Assembly: GCA_965603825.1 (NCBI GenBank) | Contig: CBFDEM010000056.1 | Location: forward strand, 310,001 to 374,000 | DNA: 64,000 bases | From: Blepharisma stoltei ATCC 30299 | Lineage: Eukaryota > Protista > Ciliophora | Direction of reading: 5' to 3' | Part shown: positions 34,667 to 46,526 of the stretch, one piece after another | How positions within the stretch are numbered: position 1 is the first letter of the stretch | How the letters are laid out: each line of letters starts with the position of its first letter | Position numbers and translations under genes: made by a program | The notes under the pieces: generated by a model | Seen by the model: only the letters and a program-made list of their open reading frames with translations | What the model was told of the DNA's origin: nothing | Database searches by the model: none

Positions 34667-35833
34667 CTATAGCTTCAAATCAGAAAGCTTCTTAAATATT
34701 TCTTTTTGTGCTGGTGTGCATATTTTTGGAACAACCACATTAAACTTCACATAATGGCTCCCTCGCTGGTTTTTTGCAGAAGGATACATATGTGATATAC
34801 CGTAGTTCAAAATTTGTGACCTGTCACCAGTATTCGTTCCTTTGGCAACTTCTACATTTAATTTTCCATACAATGTGTCGACTTCTATTATAGATCCTAA
34901 AACTGCTTGAGATATTGTGATATCAACATCAGAAATAATATCATATCCAGATCTTTTAAATGTTGGATGACTCCCCACAGTAAGCCTCACAAACAAATCA
35001 CCTGGATTGTTCCCATAACTATTGAAATTCCCTTTTTTAGGTATCTTAATAGTCTGCCCTGTTCCTACTCCTTTTGGTATCGATATTTTATCAATACTCT
35101 GTGTTTGATTAACCCGCTTCCCATTGCATGATTTACATTTATTCTTAACATATTGTCCAGTCCCATTGCATTTTGGACACTCCTGCTCGAATAGGTTCAT
35201 TCCATTCTGATAATGAATCACTCCTAACCCCATACATTCATAACATTCAAAAATTCCCCTCTCTTCAGCAATCCTTCCGCCTTGGCATTTATTGCAAACA
35301 CTTTGCCTTTGGATTTTAATTACTTTATCAGTTCCATGTACAGCATCTAAGAAGCTAATATCAAGATCAATCCATATATCGTCTCCTTTTTTTTTGATAT
35401 TTGATTTTCTTTTTTTATCAAAGGTAAAAATTTCTTCAAAATCGAATTCATCAATATCAATAAATACATCATTCATATAGCCGGGGTTGAAATCATAAAA
35501 TAAATCATCTTCAAAAGAATCTTGATATTTTTGAGAATTCTTTCTTTTCTTTTTTTCTTGGTAAACTTTTGGTTCTTCAGTTTGACCATTGTCATAATCT
35601 CTTCTTTTTTTTCTGTCGCCTAGAGTTTCATATGCGTTGTTTATATCTGAAAATTTAGAATGCGAGCCATGGGATTTATTTATATCTGGGTGCTGCTTTT
35701 TAGCAAGGCTAAAATAAGCTTGCTTTATTTGTGCTTGGGTGGCTTTACGAGGTACACCTAAAATCTTATAAAAATCTTTTTTCGATAGTAAGATAGATGA
35801 GCTTCTGAATCCTCTGACAGCCGCAGAAAACAT
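34667..35833 (-). CDS. Class A DnaJ/Hsp40, probably mitochondrial (Mdj1/DNAJA3-like)
   Basis: Presequence-like MFSAAVRGFRSSSILLSKKDFY; HPD J-domain; four CxxCxGxG-type repeats; C-terminal substrate domains. Confidence 0.9.
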   Translation of the reverse strand: MFSAAVRGFRSSSILLSKKDFYKILGVPRKATQAQIKQAYFSLAKKQHPDINKSHGSHSKFSDINNAYETLGDRKKRRDYDNGQTEEPKVYQEKKKRKNSQKYQDSFEDDLFYDFNPGYMNDVFIDIDEFDFEEIFTFDKKRKSNIKKKGDDIWIDLDISFLDAVHGTDKVIKIQRQSVCNKCQGGRIAEERGIFECYECMGLGVIHYQNGMNLFEQECPKCNGTGQYVKNKCKSCNGKRVNQTQSIDKISIPKGVGTGQTIKIPKKGNFNSYGNNPGDLFVRLTVGSHPTFKRSGYDIISDVDITISQAVLGSIIEVDTLYGKLNVEVAKGTNTGDRSQILNYGISHMYPSAKNQRGSHYVKFNVVVPKICTPAQKEIFKKLSDLKL

Positions 35834-35861
35834 GGATTTACTATTAAAGTTATAATATTTT

Positions 35862-37530
35862 ATGAGTAAACAAGGAACCTTGCAGTCATTAATAGATGAA
35901 GCGACAAGCGAAACCTTATTAAGGCCAGACTTACAGCTAAATGTCTCTGTGACTGATAGAGTAAACTCACGTCCTGATATGTAATGTGTTATATAGGCCA
36001 AAAGAAGCAATTAAGCACATTAAAAGGAGATTACTTAGTAGAAATGCAAAAGTTTTAATGCTCACACTTGAGCTTTTGGAATTCATGGTCAACAACTCAT
36101 CGCTTCCTTTTCATACTCAAGTCGGCAGCAAAGACTTTTTGAACACTTTTGCAGTGATGATAAAAAATAAAGATTCAGATCCACAAGTCAAAGAAAAATT
36201 GAAAAATTTAGTGAATGCGTGGGCGTTAAAATTTAGAGACTGCCAAGACATCTTGCCTGGGTTCATGCAGCTCTATGCATCTTTAAAAGCCGGAGGGGTT
36301 CAATTCCAGAATGACATTCCTGAAGAAAGCCCATCAGTTTCTACTGGTCCGATGATATCGGCTCCTACATCTATCAAACCGCAAGGCCAGGCTTTGTATT
36401 TTCAGCAAAAGCAGCCTCAGTCTCAACCTCAGTCTCAGCCTCAGCCACATTCTTCAGCACCATCATCTTCTTCATCAAGAAATCTTCCACAAAGTAAGGT
36501 AGAAAAACTCAAAAAAGACCTCGAAATCGTAAAAGAAAACACCACAATTGTAAATGAAATGATTGATGCTGCCAGCCCTCATGAAAATGTAGCAAAAAAT
36601 GACACCTTAACTGAATTAGTCGCTACTTTGCGTGCCATGAATTCTAAATTGATTAAGCTGATAACGAATTTAGAAGACGAAGAAATGACTGCATATTGCA
36701 TTGGGATTAAAGATGACGTTGATAACGCACTAAAAAGATACGAAGACTTAAAAAGTGGGAAAAGACCAGCACCAGTGGTTGCAAAACAAAGCCAGGATCT
36801 GCTTGGAGAAGATTTATTTCAGCCTCAGAACGAAGGATTGCTCGGATATCAAGCGATGGGCTCAGAGTCTTTGTTACAAGAAAATAGTCAGTCTCAGCTT
36901 TCTGGAGATCTTTTTAGCTCTCCTCAGCCGGCTATGAAGGCTGATTTCTTTGTATCTTCTCAGCCTATATTTCCTCAACAGAAAGCAGATTTGTTTGGAG
37001 AGCCCATCAATATTCCTCCTCCTATAAATCAGCCAGCTACTATTCCATCAGGTGCATTTGATTTGTCTAACCAGCTATTTTTTAACCAAAATCCAAGTAT
37101 TTCTACTCCTCCACAACCAGCTACTTCAATTCCACCGCAACCAAATGCATTTTATAATGTTTCTCAGCCAAGTCCATATATAACTTCTCCGCCTCAGCCA
37201 TTGCCTTATGTTCCTAATATATCTCAGCCAATACTATCAGCTCCTAATCCAATGCAGCCTTCTGCATCTTCTTTAATCGACCCATTTGCGTCGTTAAATT
37301 TCACTCCTTCACAACCAAGCTTTAATGCTCCTGCTTATAATACTCAACCAAAGCCACAGACTGGGATGAATTATAATGCTCCGCAGCCAACCACGATGAT
37401 TTCTTCTACTAACCCTAGCCAAAATTCCCAAATAAAGCATAATCTTCCATCAGCCTATGGACAGACTCAAGAATTCAATGAAAAACCAAAAAGTGCATTT
37501 GATGATTTGGTTGATTTCTCTAAGCTTTAA
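35862..37530 (+). CDS. VHS-GAT domain protein (TOM1/TOL-like) with Pro/Gln-rich tail; one 16-nt intron
   Basis: Splicing 35981-35996 restores the VHS N-terminus LIDEATSETLLRPD...PKEAIKHIKRRL; GAT KLKKDLEIV...DNALKRYE; DLL/DLF/DPF adaptor motifs. Confidence 0.88.
35981..35996 (+). other. 16-nt intron GTAATGTGTTATATAG
   Basis: GT..AG, A at -6; removal fixes the frame within the VHS domain. Confidence 0.88.
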
Positions 37531-38053
37531 TTATATATTTCATTTATTATATTTTTCTTAGTAATAAATATATTTCCAATGTTAAAAACAATAATTATAA
37601 TGATTATTTCTCAAATTGTGTATTAGATTTAATTATTAAGATAGTAAAATATTGTTTTAGCTTAATGAAGAAATATGATTTATTTAAAAAAGGCTACTGC
37701 GCCAGGAGAGAGGGGTATTTTCTTTTCTTTTTCAACACCTTGAGTATTTGTAATTTTTTAGGTGGGTTGCCTTCTGTTTTTTCATTGTTTTGGGCAGATA
37801 AATTGATTGATTTGAACGATTAATAGAAGTATCTCCTTGGCATATATCTAAGTAAAAATATTTTAAGTGAGTTTTATATTTTAATATTTAGAGTATTTTC
37901 TCTAAAGATGTCTAAAGCCATTTTTCTCCATTTAACACTAAATTAGAAAGCTCTTTCCAACATTGGATCTTTATAATGTTTAAATAAGAACATCGATAAG
38001 AATTTAATTTGTTGATACATAATCAAAAAATTTCAAAAAAATATAAATATAAA

Positions 38054-38239
38054 ATGGACATCACTGAAGATGAGCTACAAGAAGCACAAGAATTCTTAAG
38101 TAATTTGCTAGAGAGTACAAGGAGAGAAGCAATTTTAACCCTTATTAGTACACTGCGTGGCCAAAAATGCCCAAGTGCTTTAACATTAAGATACTTAGAA
38201 ACTCTTTTAAAGGAAGCTGAAGAAAATCAGCAAAAATAG
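38054..38239 (+). CDS. Small helical hypothetical protein (61 aa)
   Basis: AAAATG start context, coding-like composition, TAG stop. Confidence 0.5.
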   Translation: MDITEDELQEAQEFLSNLLESTRREAILTLISTLRGQKCPSALTLRYLETLLKEAEENQQK

Positions 38240-38672
38240 AAGTAAAGAAGACTGATGAGCTTGGGGATTTATATAATTATAAAATTTAGCTAAAAATTGG
38301 AAATTATTAAATTAAATACTTACCAACATGCCATAGAATCTCTTGAATTGATGGAATTCAAATTTACTGATAATATTAGCTTAAAATAAGAATCGCGGCT
38401 GAAAGCGATGAAAAATTCCTATACAAAACTCTTTTGATTAATACTCACCCATGATTCGATGTAAAGTTCTATAGGTCTCTTAAATTCACTTTAGACATAG
38501 AAGAATTCTGGATCACGCAATTAAATAATCTCTAAAGAGTGTTGCCCAAATAGTCCTGAAAATAGCCTTCCTTAATCCAATAGCAAATATATACAGTACC
38601 CAAAACTATTACTGTCTTATATTTTGAAGCTGGTAATAATTTATTTACATGGTGTAAAGAATTAGAAACTAT

Positions 38673-39407
38673 TTACATCTGATCGAATAGTGATTCAATA
38701 AATGCTTCATTGTCCACGAAGTCTAATTGATTTTCGGCTTGATCATAATTCATATCATATGATGAAGAACTCTCCTTACGTACGCTCTCGTGAGGGACAT
38801 AATTGTATAGATCATTGGCCCCATAATCGTAAAATACGAACCAAAGGTCTGTCCCCGGCTTGCATTTTCTTGATAACTCTTGTGAGGCGAAATTTGTGAA
38901 TCACTCTTGGAAATATTTAACAAATGACGGTTGGGAGAACAAATAATTTTTATATCGGCGACCATAAGATAAAAATTTATTTCCTTTATCTGGCTTACCT
39001 TTGGAGGATAAATAGATAATCCAGAATGAATTTTCTTCAGAATTAAGCTTATCTTTGAAGTTAGAATACTCATCTGCTATATAAGAACGAAAGCTCCTCA
39101 GCCAATATTTGTCTTTTTCTTCTGTTTTCTTTTTGATTGGATCATTAGGCCTTATGGGCTTCCTGCCTCTTTTTCTATTCGAAGTGTAAGAAACGGGATC
39201 TGGAGTCTGAGGCTTTTGTTCTAAGAACTTGTTTAAGCTTTCGTCAAGGCTTAAATCTAACGTTGGTTTTAGGGGAAACTCGAGGAATTTGTCTGAGTTT
39301 GGTATGAAGCTTGTGTCAAGAAAATAATTTTCATCAATTTTGCTGTTGTCTGCAAACTGATGGAATGTAGGTTCGAAATTCAAAAAGTCGATATTGATGT
39401 TATCCAT
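38673..39407 (-). CDS. Putative DNA-binding protein with AT-hook-like RKRGRKP motif
   Basis: TGA 38901-38903=W extends the frame to TAA 38673; basic motif followed by a helical aromatic domain and an acidic tail. Confidence 0.65.
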
Positions 39408-39877
39408 TTACTTAGCAATCGAAGTTTTCTTTTAAATAATTTTATATATAAAAGTTTTAAATAAATTATAAAGGTACTGATATCTTAAATGAGCAGCTTA
39501 TTCTTAATTTAATTTGAATTAATACTATTTGAAACAGATTTATATTATATATTTAAAATTTTGAAAAACTAATTATAATCACAAGTTGTATTATTTGTAT
39601 CCATTCAATAATCGATAAAAACCGTAGTATTAATATTAGATTATATAATTTTTAAAGCATTTATCGCTCAATACTTATTAGCAAAATCTAGTTTTGTACA
39701 TAGAAGTAGGCTTTTCACTGCTATCACGCAGCAAAAGCAATTGCATATTGAATTTTGAATGCTAAATGCCCACATAATTCAATAAAAACCTATAAGTTTC
39801 ATTAAAATTGTCCTTATAAATTAAATTAGGTTCCAAAATAAAATTTTCATATAAGTCATAAAGTTATTTATAATTTA

Positions 39878-42800
39878 TCAATTTCTTGCTGGTCTCTTGC
39901 TTCTTATTGCAATATTTTTATCCTCAATTTCTCCATCTTCATCCACTATTCTTGATTTTCTTTTTTTAGGAAAAACTGTATTTATTGTAAGCATTTCTTC
40001 TGATTCCTCCATAGTAGTTTCTGGCTGTTCCTCTCCTGAGCTATCAGTTTCAGTATGATCAGAATCTTGGATTGCTTTGTTATTGACAGAAGAGTCCGAG
40101 TATTGATTTGTATCACTGTTATCAGTCCCGTCAAAATCCATATTTTTAGGGGATTCTTTAGTATGATCTGGGGGTGTTTGAGGATTTGCAGACTTTTTTA
40201 TAGCTTTAGGCATGGCAACATTAGGAGATGGAGGCTTTGCTGATTTTTTTACTGCTCTTGGTAATTCTTGGGTGGGCGATGGGGGTTTTGCCGATTTTTT
40301 GACAGCTTTAAGAGCCTGTGATGGAGCCTGAGGTGGGGATGGAGGTTTTGCTGATTTCTTTACAGCAACATAAGGCACATTTCTTGCAGGTTCTTCTTGA
40401 GGTTTTTTCCTTGGCTGAGTTCTCTTAGTTTTTTGCTTCTTCTCCAAATTGTTCCCGATTTCTAATACAGCTTCTCCATCTTCATCAGTCCCAGCCACAA
40501 ATCCATTTGAATGCTTTTGAGAGTTTTCTGTAGAAACAATCAATGAGTCTTCAGTTTCTTCAATTTTTGGAGGAATATAAATTTCATCATCATTATTTTC
40601 ATTCGGCACTGATGATTTTTTAATGCATCTTTTCGATTTGTCCGTATCTTTATTTAAAACTTCATCTCTTCTCCTTACAAGCATTTTTCTAGCTCTATCT
40701 GTAGACTGCACTGGTGGTGGCCTCGAAACTCCTACAATTTTACTGAGTGTATATAAAAATTGTTTTACAGGAAACATTAAATTTTCTACATCAGTTTCGT
40801 GTTCTTTTATTTTTTCTTCTATTTTTTCTGCATCTTTTGAAATCCTTTCGTACAATTCTCTAATTTGTGATGGTGATAAATAATTTTTACTGACAAAAAT
40901 TGATAACCCATCTAATATAGGGAAATTTGCTTTATCAGAGAAAGCAAAACTAATCCCATCTAGCAAAAATGAAAGAAATTTATCAGCTTGCTTTGGTCTC
41001 ATTGGTCCAGCTCCTAAAGCATTTACAAATTTTCTTGCAAGCTCTTTCATTTTTGTGATATCATCTTCATCACCATTTCCTAAGCATTTTATCAGTGATT
41101 CCAGCATAATATTGAATAAAATTCCTTCTTGATTATTTGTTCCTTGGGAAGTTTCTTTGGCTTTAAATGAATTTAATGCATGCTTTACTATGGTGGAAAT
41201 AGCTCTTAATGCAGAATGCCCATAATGCGCAAAAAAACTACTAGGCAGTTGTGATGAAGTTATAGTAGGACACATACAGATTAGTCTTGCTATGTGCAGA
41301 CAGACCATTTGTGTGTGAGAGTCTGCGTCTTCCTTGCTTGTTTCTATTTTTGCACCTCTTTTAAAGAATGCACGAGGAGGAACAGAGACCATAGAAGTTT
41401 CAATTTCTAATGGAACAAGTGCCATGTACTCTTCAAGGGTTTCCCATAAATCATTGCTGACTTCATAATGTATAGGAGTATCTGCAGCTTTTTGCCCAGA
41501 AATCACCATTAAAGTCTCACATAAATATTTAAAAGTGTATTTCCTGAGTTCTGGATCAGCATCTTGTTTAGCTAGCAGAGCTCCAAAATGTTCTATTATT
41601 TCCTTTCTTTTGGCATTGTATTCTTCGATACCAACAGGATGATTTGTGATCCTGTTTAAATGCCAAAGATTCCAGTAATATACAATTTCTAAGCAACGCA
41701 AGGTGAGTTGAACATTTTTTTGGCTGTCATTTGTGTAATGAGAAATAACGGTTAAAAAGTCTTCAAAGCGGTCGTTTCCTAAATCATCTAGTAAATCAGT
41801 AACTGCAATAAGCGATTCTGTTCTTCATAGCCATGTCTCTAGAACTCCTTCTTCTCCATCCAATACCCAATTGATAAATTCTTTTTTCAATCCCTGACTG
41901 CAATCATCAACTAGCTTTGTCATTTCTGATCTTGCTTCTTTCTGCAATGGATGTGCTTCTCTTGCGAATTTTCCTAAGCATTGTCCAGCTTTCATTATGA
42001 TTTCTCCATCAGAACTTTGCATTAAAAGCTGCTTTAAAGTATTTATGAGCAGTGTAAAAGGCTCTTTCAAATCTTTAGAAGCAAGCGACGATAGCTCAAG
42101 GAAGTTAGGAATTTTCACTAATTCCTTTGTCACCATAGGATCATTTCTATAAAAATTCAACAAATAAGGAAGATGGGAAATTATCGTTGTAGACAGCGCG
42201 ATCATAGAATTTCTTTGCTTCTTATCAGGGCAGTGCTGGAGATGCTTTAATGCAGAAATAAGCATATTAATAAGGATTTCTCTATCATGTATTTCAAGTG
42301 GGGATGTGCCAGGTCTTGATGGGTCACCTCTTCTAAGGAGCTCACAAATAGCTTCCCAATCTCTCAGAACGCAAGTTCTATTTCAAAATGCTTTTACAAG
42401 TAAATCAACCCTATACATTTGCTTTTCTCCGAAATCTCTAAAGAATGCTATAATACTCAACAAAGCTTTTTCAGCTGATAAATTTCTCCCTTGCTCAAGC
42501 CCAAGACCTCCAGTAGAAGTAGAGTCTTTGGGCAACTGCCCACCAAATGCAGAGGCTCCTACAAAATCACTGACAGCATTTCTTACCTCTTCTGCATCCG
42601 CCCATAATAAAAATGAAACCATATCTTGTTCTTCTTTTGTAAGTTTTTCAGCTTTCACAAGTAGAGTGCATACTTTTATAGCTTCCACGCAGCATTTTGT
42701 TTCTATATCATGGCACATCTCTACAAGTCTCAGCTTATTTTTAGCAATAAAGTCTTTTAATTTGACTAAATTTGTTTCAATGCATGCTTTTGATAAGAAA

Positions 42801-43654
42801 TTTAAGACATTTTCTCTGACTTCTGGAGCTTTGTCGTAGAGCATCATTCCCATAGTATCTAAAATTCCTTGGTTTAGATATCGAGTTCCATATTTATCAG
42901 CCCAGTATCCCATACTTTGTATACAAAGAGCTCTGATTTCCATCATAACATCCTTGCATCTAAAAGTAACCACATCTTTAAAAATCGAATCCAAGGCCTC
43001 ACTAATAATTTTCACCCTTTCATCAGCTTCTTTTTCTTGCTCTCTTAGCTTTTCTACACGCTCTTTATCGCTTCCTTTATTCAGCTCAGTTGATATAAAA
43101 GTTTTCACTTTTTCAGCATCATGGACTTCTCTAACCAAAACGTCAATCAAAGCTTGGCCCATTGATAAAATTCCAGCAGTTGAAGTATGCCGAAGCGATC
43201 TAAGCTTACTGAATGTTAAACTTGACATTCAGCTGATTAAAAAGGTCAAAAGTGATCCATCATAAAGGTCATCATTTGCTTCTGATACAAGATGGACCCA
43301 AAAAAATTGAAAATTACTGTAGAAGTTTTTGAGGACTTTGTTTTTAGAGACTAAGGGATATTCTTCGTTTTCTTTTGCTAGGTCGTTGACACGGGAAACG
43401 AGGGCTTCCATCTCGTTTTTCTCAAGGTCGTCTAATGTGATTGTGTCTTTATTGAGGCCACAGGACTGCAAGAGAAAGGATAAAATTGACCCAAGGGCTT
43501 CGGTCTCATTTGATCTGTAATGCTTCATTCAGTCTATAACTAGGACTCTTAAGTGCACATTTTCGTTTTTTAGATATTCGTACAAGTTCTGTGAGTTTTG
43601 TAAAAATGACAGTGCGACTTGGTCTCGCTTTTTCTTTTGAGCAGCTGAAGGCAT
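39878..43654 (-). CDS. Cohesin subunit SA/STAG/Scc3
   Basis: D-TGA(W)-MKHY, EEYPL, W.SSLT...RSLRHTST, R.KDV..EIRALCI..MG.W...Y...YL.......MLYDK...VR (STAG/SCD); four ORFs joined by TGA=W. Confidence 0.9.
40169..40366 (-). repeat. Four intragenic repeats A(V/I)KKSA(K/N)P(P/Q)(S/T)P in the SA C-terminal tail
   Basis: Seen in both translation and DNA. Confidence 0.85.
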
Positions 43655-44191
43655 TAAAATTATAAGCCCCCAATTAGAATTTTGAATAAATATTGCTATA
43701 TGGGGCAATTTAGTGATAAAATTTAAGGCTTGCTATTCCATTTTATTCCAATATTAATTGGGGTGTTTGACAAAAATGAAATATCCTTAAACTCCACCCA
43801 TTCGCTAACATTAAAAAAATTTAATCCTTGGAGCCATTTTCTTATTATTGCTTTGAGAATTGTTAAAGTTTATATATTTTCCTTTTTTTGTATTTAAAAT
43901 ACAATAACTAATTTATTTTGCAAATTTCATTAAAATCGTTAAATTATGAAATGATAATTGCTAAATTATGATTTTTGGCTATTCTTATTTTAAAATGTTG
44001 GTAAATATTCTTCCATCTACAGTATTTACTTGTTTTACCATGTCAAAGATTCTCTCAACAAAGAGAAACTGATAAATTAGCGTGAATTAAATGCAAATTA
44101 ATTATCTAAGGTTTTACCCAAGTCTATTTTGATTCTTCGAAAATATATAAGCAGCTTTATTCCTCTTCCTAATGGTTATAATAAGTGGTAA

Positions 44192-44515
44192 ATGGAGTCT
44201 GAAGAAAGCATCATCAAAGTAAGCGTAAGAAATAACCCTGGAACTTATATCTTTGAAGGAAAAGAAAAGCTCAAAGCTAAAGGAAGTGTTTCATTCCATG
44301 CAATTGGTGGATCAATTGTGAACGCAGTAAAAGCATCTGACAGACTGGTTTCCTTAGGTTATGCAACTCTTACAAAGTTTGAGACTTCTTGTGTTGACGA
44401 AAAGGATTTTGATGGAAAACCTAGAAAAGTCTATAAAGTTGTGCTTCAGTTAGCTAGAACTCCAGAATTCGATAACATCTATGAGCAGTTTGAAAAAAAC
44501 AAAACTAAAAAATAA
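44192..44515 (+). CDS. Alba-domain nucleic-acid-binding protein
   Basis: IKVS...Y....K..L....V.FHAIGGSI..AV...D.L...GYA...K.ET. Confidence 0.8.
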   Translation: MESEESIIKVSVRNNPGTYIFEGKEKLKAKGSVSFHAIGGSIVNAVKASDRLVSLGYATLTKFETSCVDEKDFDGKPRKVYKVVLQLARTPEFDNIYEQFEKNKTKK

Positions 44516-44658
44516 TTAAAAACATAGATTTACCTTCATAATTAAGCTAAAAATTAATCTTGTATATTATAGAAATTACCAAAAAATATAGCTAAATTAG
44601 CTACAGAATCGCTTAATTTGTTAATAATTTCAGAAAATTTATATTCCGCATAAATAAG

Positions 44659-44985
44659 ATGGAAGAAGAGCCTCTAACTACTCCAGCAGCTGAATCTCCT
44701 ATAAAATCTCCAGGTATTGACCGAGATGACAAAATAACAGTTCATGTGAAGCCTGTAGGAAATGCTCCTATCCTAAAAAAGAGCAAATTTAAAGTCTCAG
44801 GCTTAGAACAATTTAATACAATAATTACTTTTTTGAGGAATCAGATTAAAGCGAAAGATATATTCCTGTATATAAACTCGTCGTTTTCACCACCTCCTGA
44901 TGCTATTATTGGGGATTTATTTTCTTGTTTCAAAGTTGGAGGAGAATTGATTGTTAATTATGCGATAGTCGAAGCATGGGGTTAG
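44659..44985 (+). CDS. ATG12: Ubiquitin-like autophagy protein ATG12
   Basis: KPVGNAPILKKSKFKV...FLYINSSFSPPPD...L.VNYAIVEAWG. Confidence 0.95.
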   Translation: MEEEPLTTPAAESPIKSPGIDRDDKITVHVKPVGNAPILKKSKFKVSGLEQFNTIITFLRNQIKAKDIFLYINSSFSPPPDAIIGDLFSCFKVGGELIVNYAIVEAWG

Positions 44986-45441
44986 TTAAAGATCAGAATT
45001 CACAAATTAATAATTATTATCATAATTTTAATAAAATCGAGATTCCAGCTAAATTCAGCCAATAGCTTCTTATTGATTATTAAAGCAAATTTGCAATACT
45101 GAAATGGTTCTAGAAATATTTATCAATATTTATTTACATTAATTCATTATAAAACATTATGAATATACCTAATTATTTGTCTATGAAAATTTACACAATC
45201 TTTATCTGCTTTAATTTTATAAAAATCCTTATAAAATCCTCATGTTTTGTAAATCTCGACTTCCATAATTTCTCATCACCATATTCAGTGACATCATATC
45301 ATCAGGCCTTATATTCTTTATTCTCTACTGTTCTTCACATCCATCGATTATATTTTTAGCAATTCTCATCTAATATCCGTCAAAAACTCCTGTTTGTATT
45401 ACAAATTCTTTTTTGATCAATGGAATCTGACTTATAAAATT

Positions 45442-46476
45442 ATGGCCGAAAAACAGCTTGGAGATAACGAGACCATGCCTAAGCGGTTTCCAATCACTGA
45501 GATCATTTTATCCATCATTGGAAAAAGCAAAATGCAGCTGATTTTCTTTCTCATCTTTTTGCTGTTTTTCCCATTTCTTGCTCCGTTCTTAAAGGATTTC
45601 GATGCAGTCGTGCAGATGAGAATTGCTCAGAACCCGAATTACAACTGGCCACAATACGAGGATTTATGGCTAGCTTGTTATACCTGTGTGATCCTTATAT
45701 GCATCCTCTTTTCGATGAAATTTTTATTGAAATCTTTTTCTGAACGAATTATTGCTCCTAAATACACAGGAAAAGAAAGGATTGTAAGAAGTGAAAAACT
45801 AATTGAATCTTTATTTAAGACGCTTTATTTTACTTTTGCTTTTGTATTTGGCTATTGGGTTGCTAAGGACTCTTATTGGCTTTCACCTTCACTTGGTGGG
45901 CATGGGAGTGTTGATGAAATGTGGAGAGATTTTCCATTCCAAAGCTATGAAACTTTTCCTTACATCAGGCAGTACATTTTGATACAGCTCGGGTATCATG
46001 CCCAATCATTTATAGTTCATATTTTCAGCAAGCCGAGAAATGATTTTATGGAAATGCTTTTGCATCATTCGATGACTGTATGGTTGGTAACATCAGCATA
46101 TATGATGAACTGTGTTGTTGTATCGCATCTCGTCCTATATACTCATGACTTATCTGACCTCTTTGTATGTTTGACAAGAACTCTGATGGATACGAGGCAT
46201 AAATATATTACTTTTGTGACATATATAGGCATTATGATTACATGGGCTTATATGAGACTTTACATTTTCCCATTTGACTTAATGAGAGTAGGAAGCTACT
46301 ACGGCAACCCAGTTGCCCATGAAGTTTATGGCTTAGGAATTTTGTCAGCAATGGTCCACGTTTTGCTTGTGCTGCATATCTATTGGTATATTCTCCTCAT
46401 AAAAATGGGTTTTAAGTTCATCAAGTCCGGAGATCCAGTTGATACTCAAAGGAAGCTTAATGAAGAAGCTAAATAA
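45442..46476 (+). CDS. Ceramide synthase (LAG1/TLC domain)
   Basis: Lag1 motif RNDFMEMLLHH...L...Y...HDLSD; W.YMRL..FP; LHIYW; start set at first ATG 45442. Confidence 0.92.
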   Translation: MAEKQLGDNETMPKRFPITEIILSIIGKSKMQLIFFLIFLLFFPFLAPFLKDFDAVVQMRIAQNPNYNWPQYEDLWLACYTCVILICILFSMKFLLKSFSERIIAPKYTGKERIVRSEKLIESLFKTLYFTFAFVFGYWVAKDSYWLSPSLGGHGSVDEMWRDFPFQSYETFPYIRQYILIQLGYHAQSFIVHIFSKPRNDFMEMLLHHSMTVWLVTSAYMMNCVVVSHLVLYTHDLSDLFVCLTRTLMDTRHKYITFVTYIGIMITWAYMRLYIFPFDLMRVGSYYGNPVAHEVYGLGILSAMVHVLLVLHIYWYILLIKMGFKFIKSGDPVDTQRKLNEEAK

Positions 46477-46526
46477 ATATTAGAATAACTTTTTGAAAAT
46501 TAATAAAGAAACCAAGATTAGCAAAA

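Noticed and set aside
35834-36010. 59-aa N-terminal extension of the DnaJ ORF from a non-ATG start
   Set aside because: It is the antisense of exon 1 of the VHS-GAT gene; ATG 35833 gives a typical presequence
37680-38000. Coding-looking stretch on the minus strand
   Set aside because: No frame with ATG, sensible length and stop, even allowing TGA=W or a tiny intron; possibly a decayed gene but unsupported
38320-38580. Possible gene remnant in an intergenic gap
   Set aside because: Only short frames without a start or recognisable motif
43668-43763. 9-bp inverted repeat CCCCAATTA/TAATTGGGG as MITE ends
   Set aside because: Too short, no target-site duplication, no second copy in the window
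45190-45435. Purine-rich minus-strand stretch upstream of ceramide synthase
   Set aside because: All frames interrupted by TAA/TAG; no homology recognised
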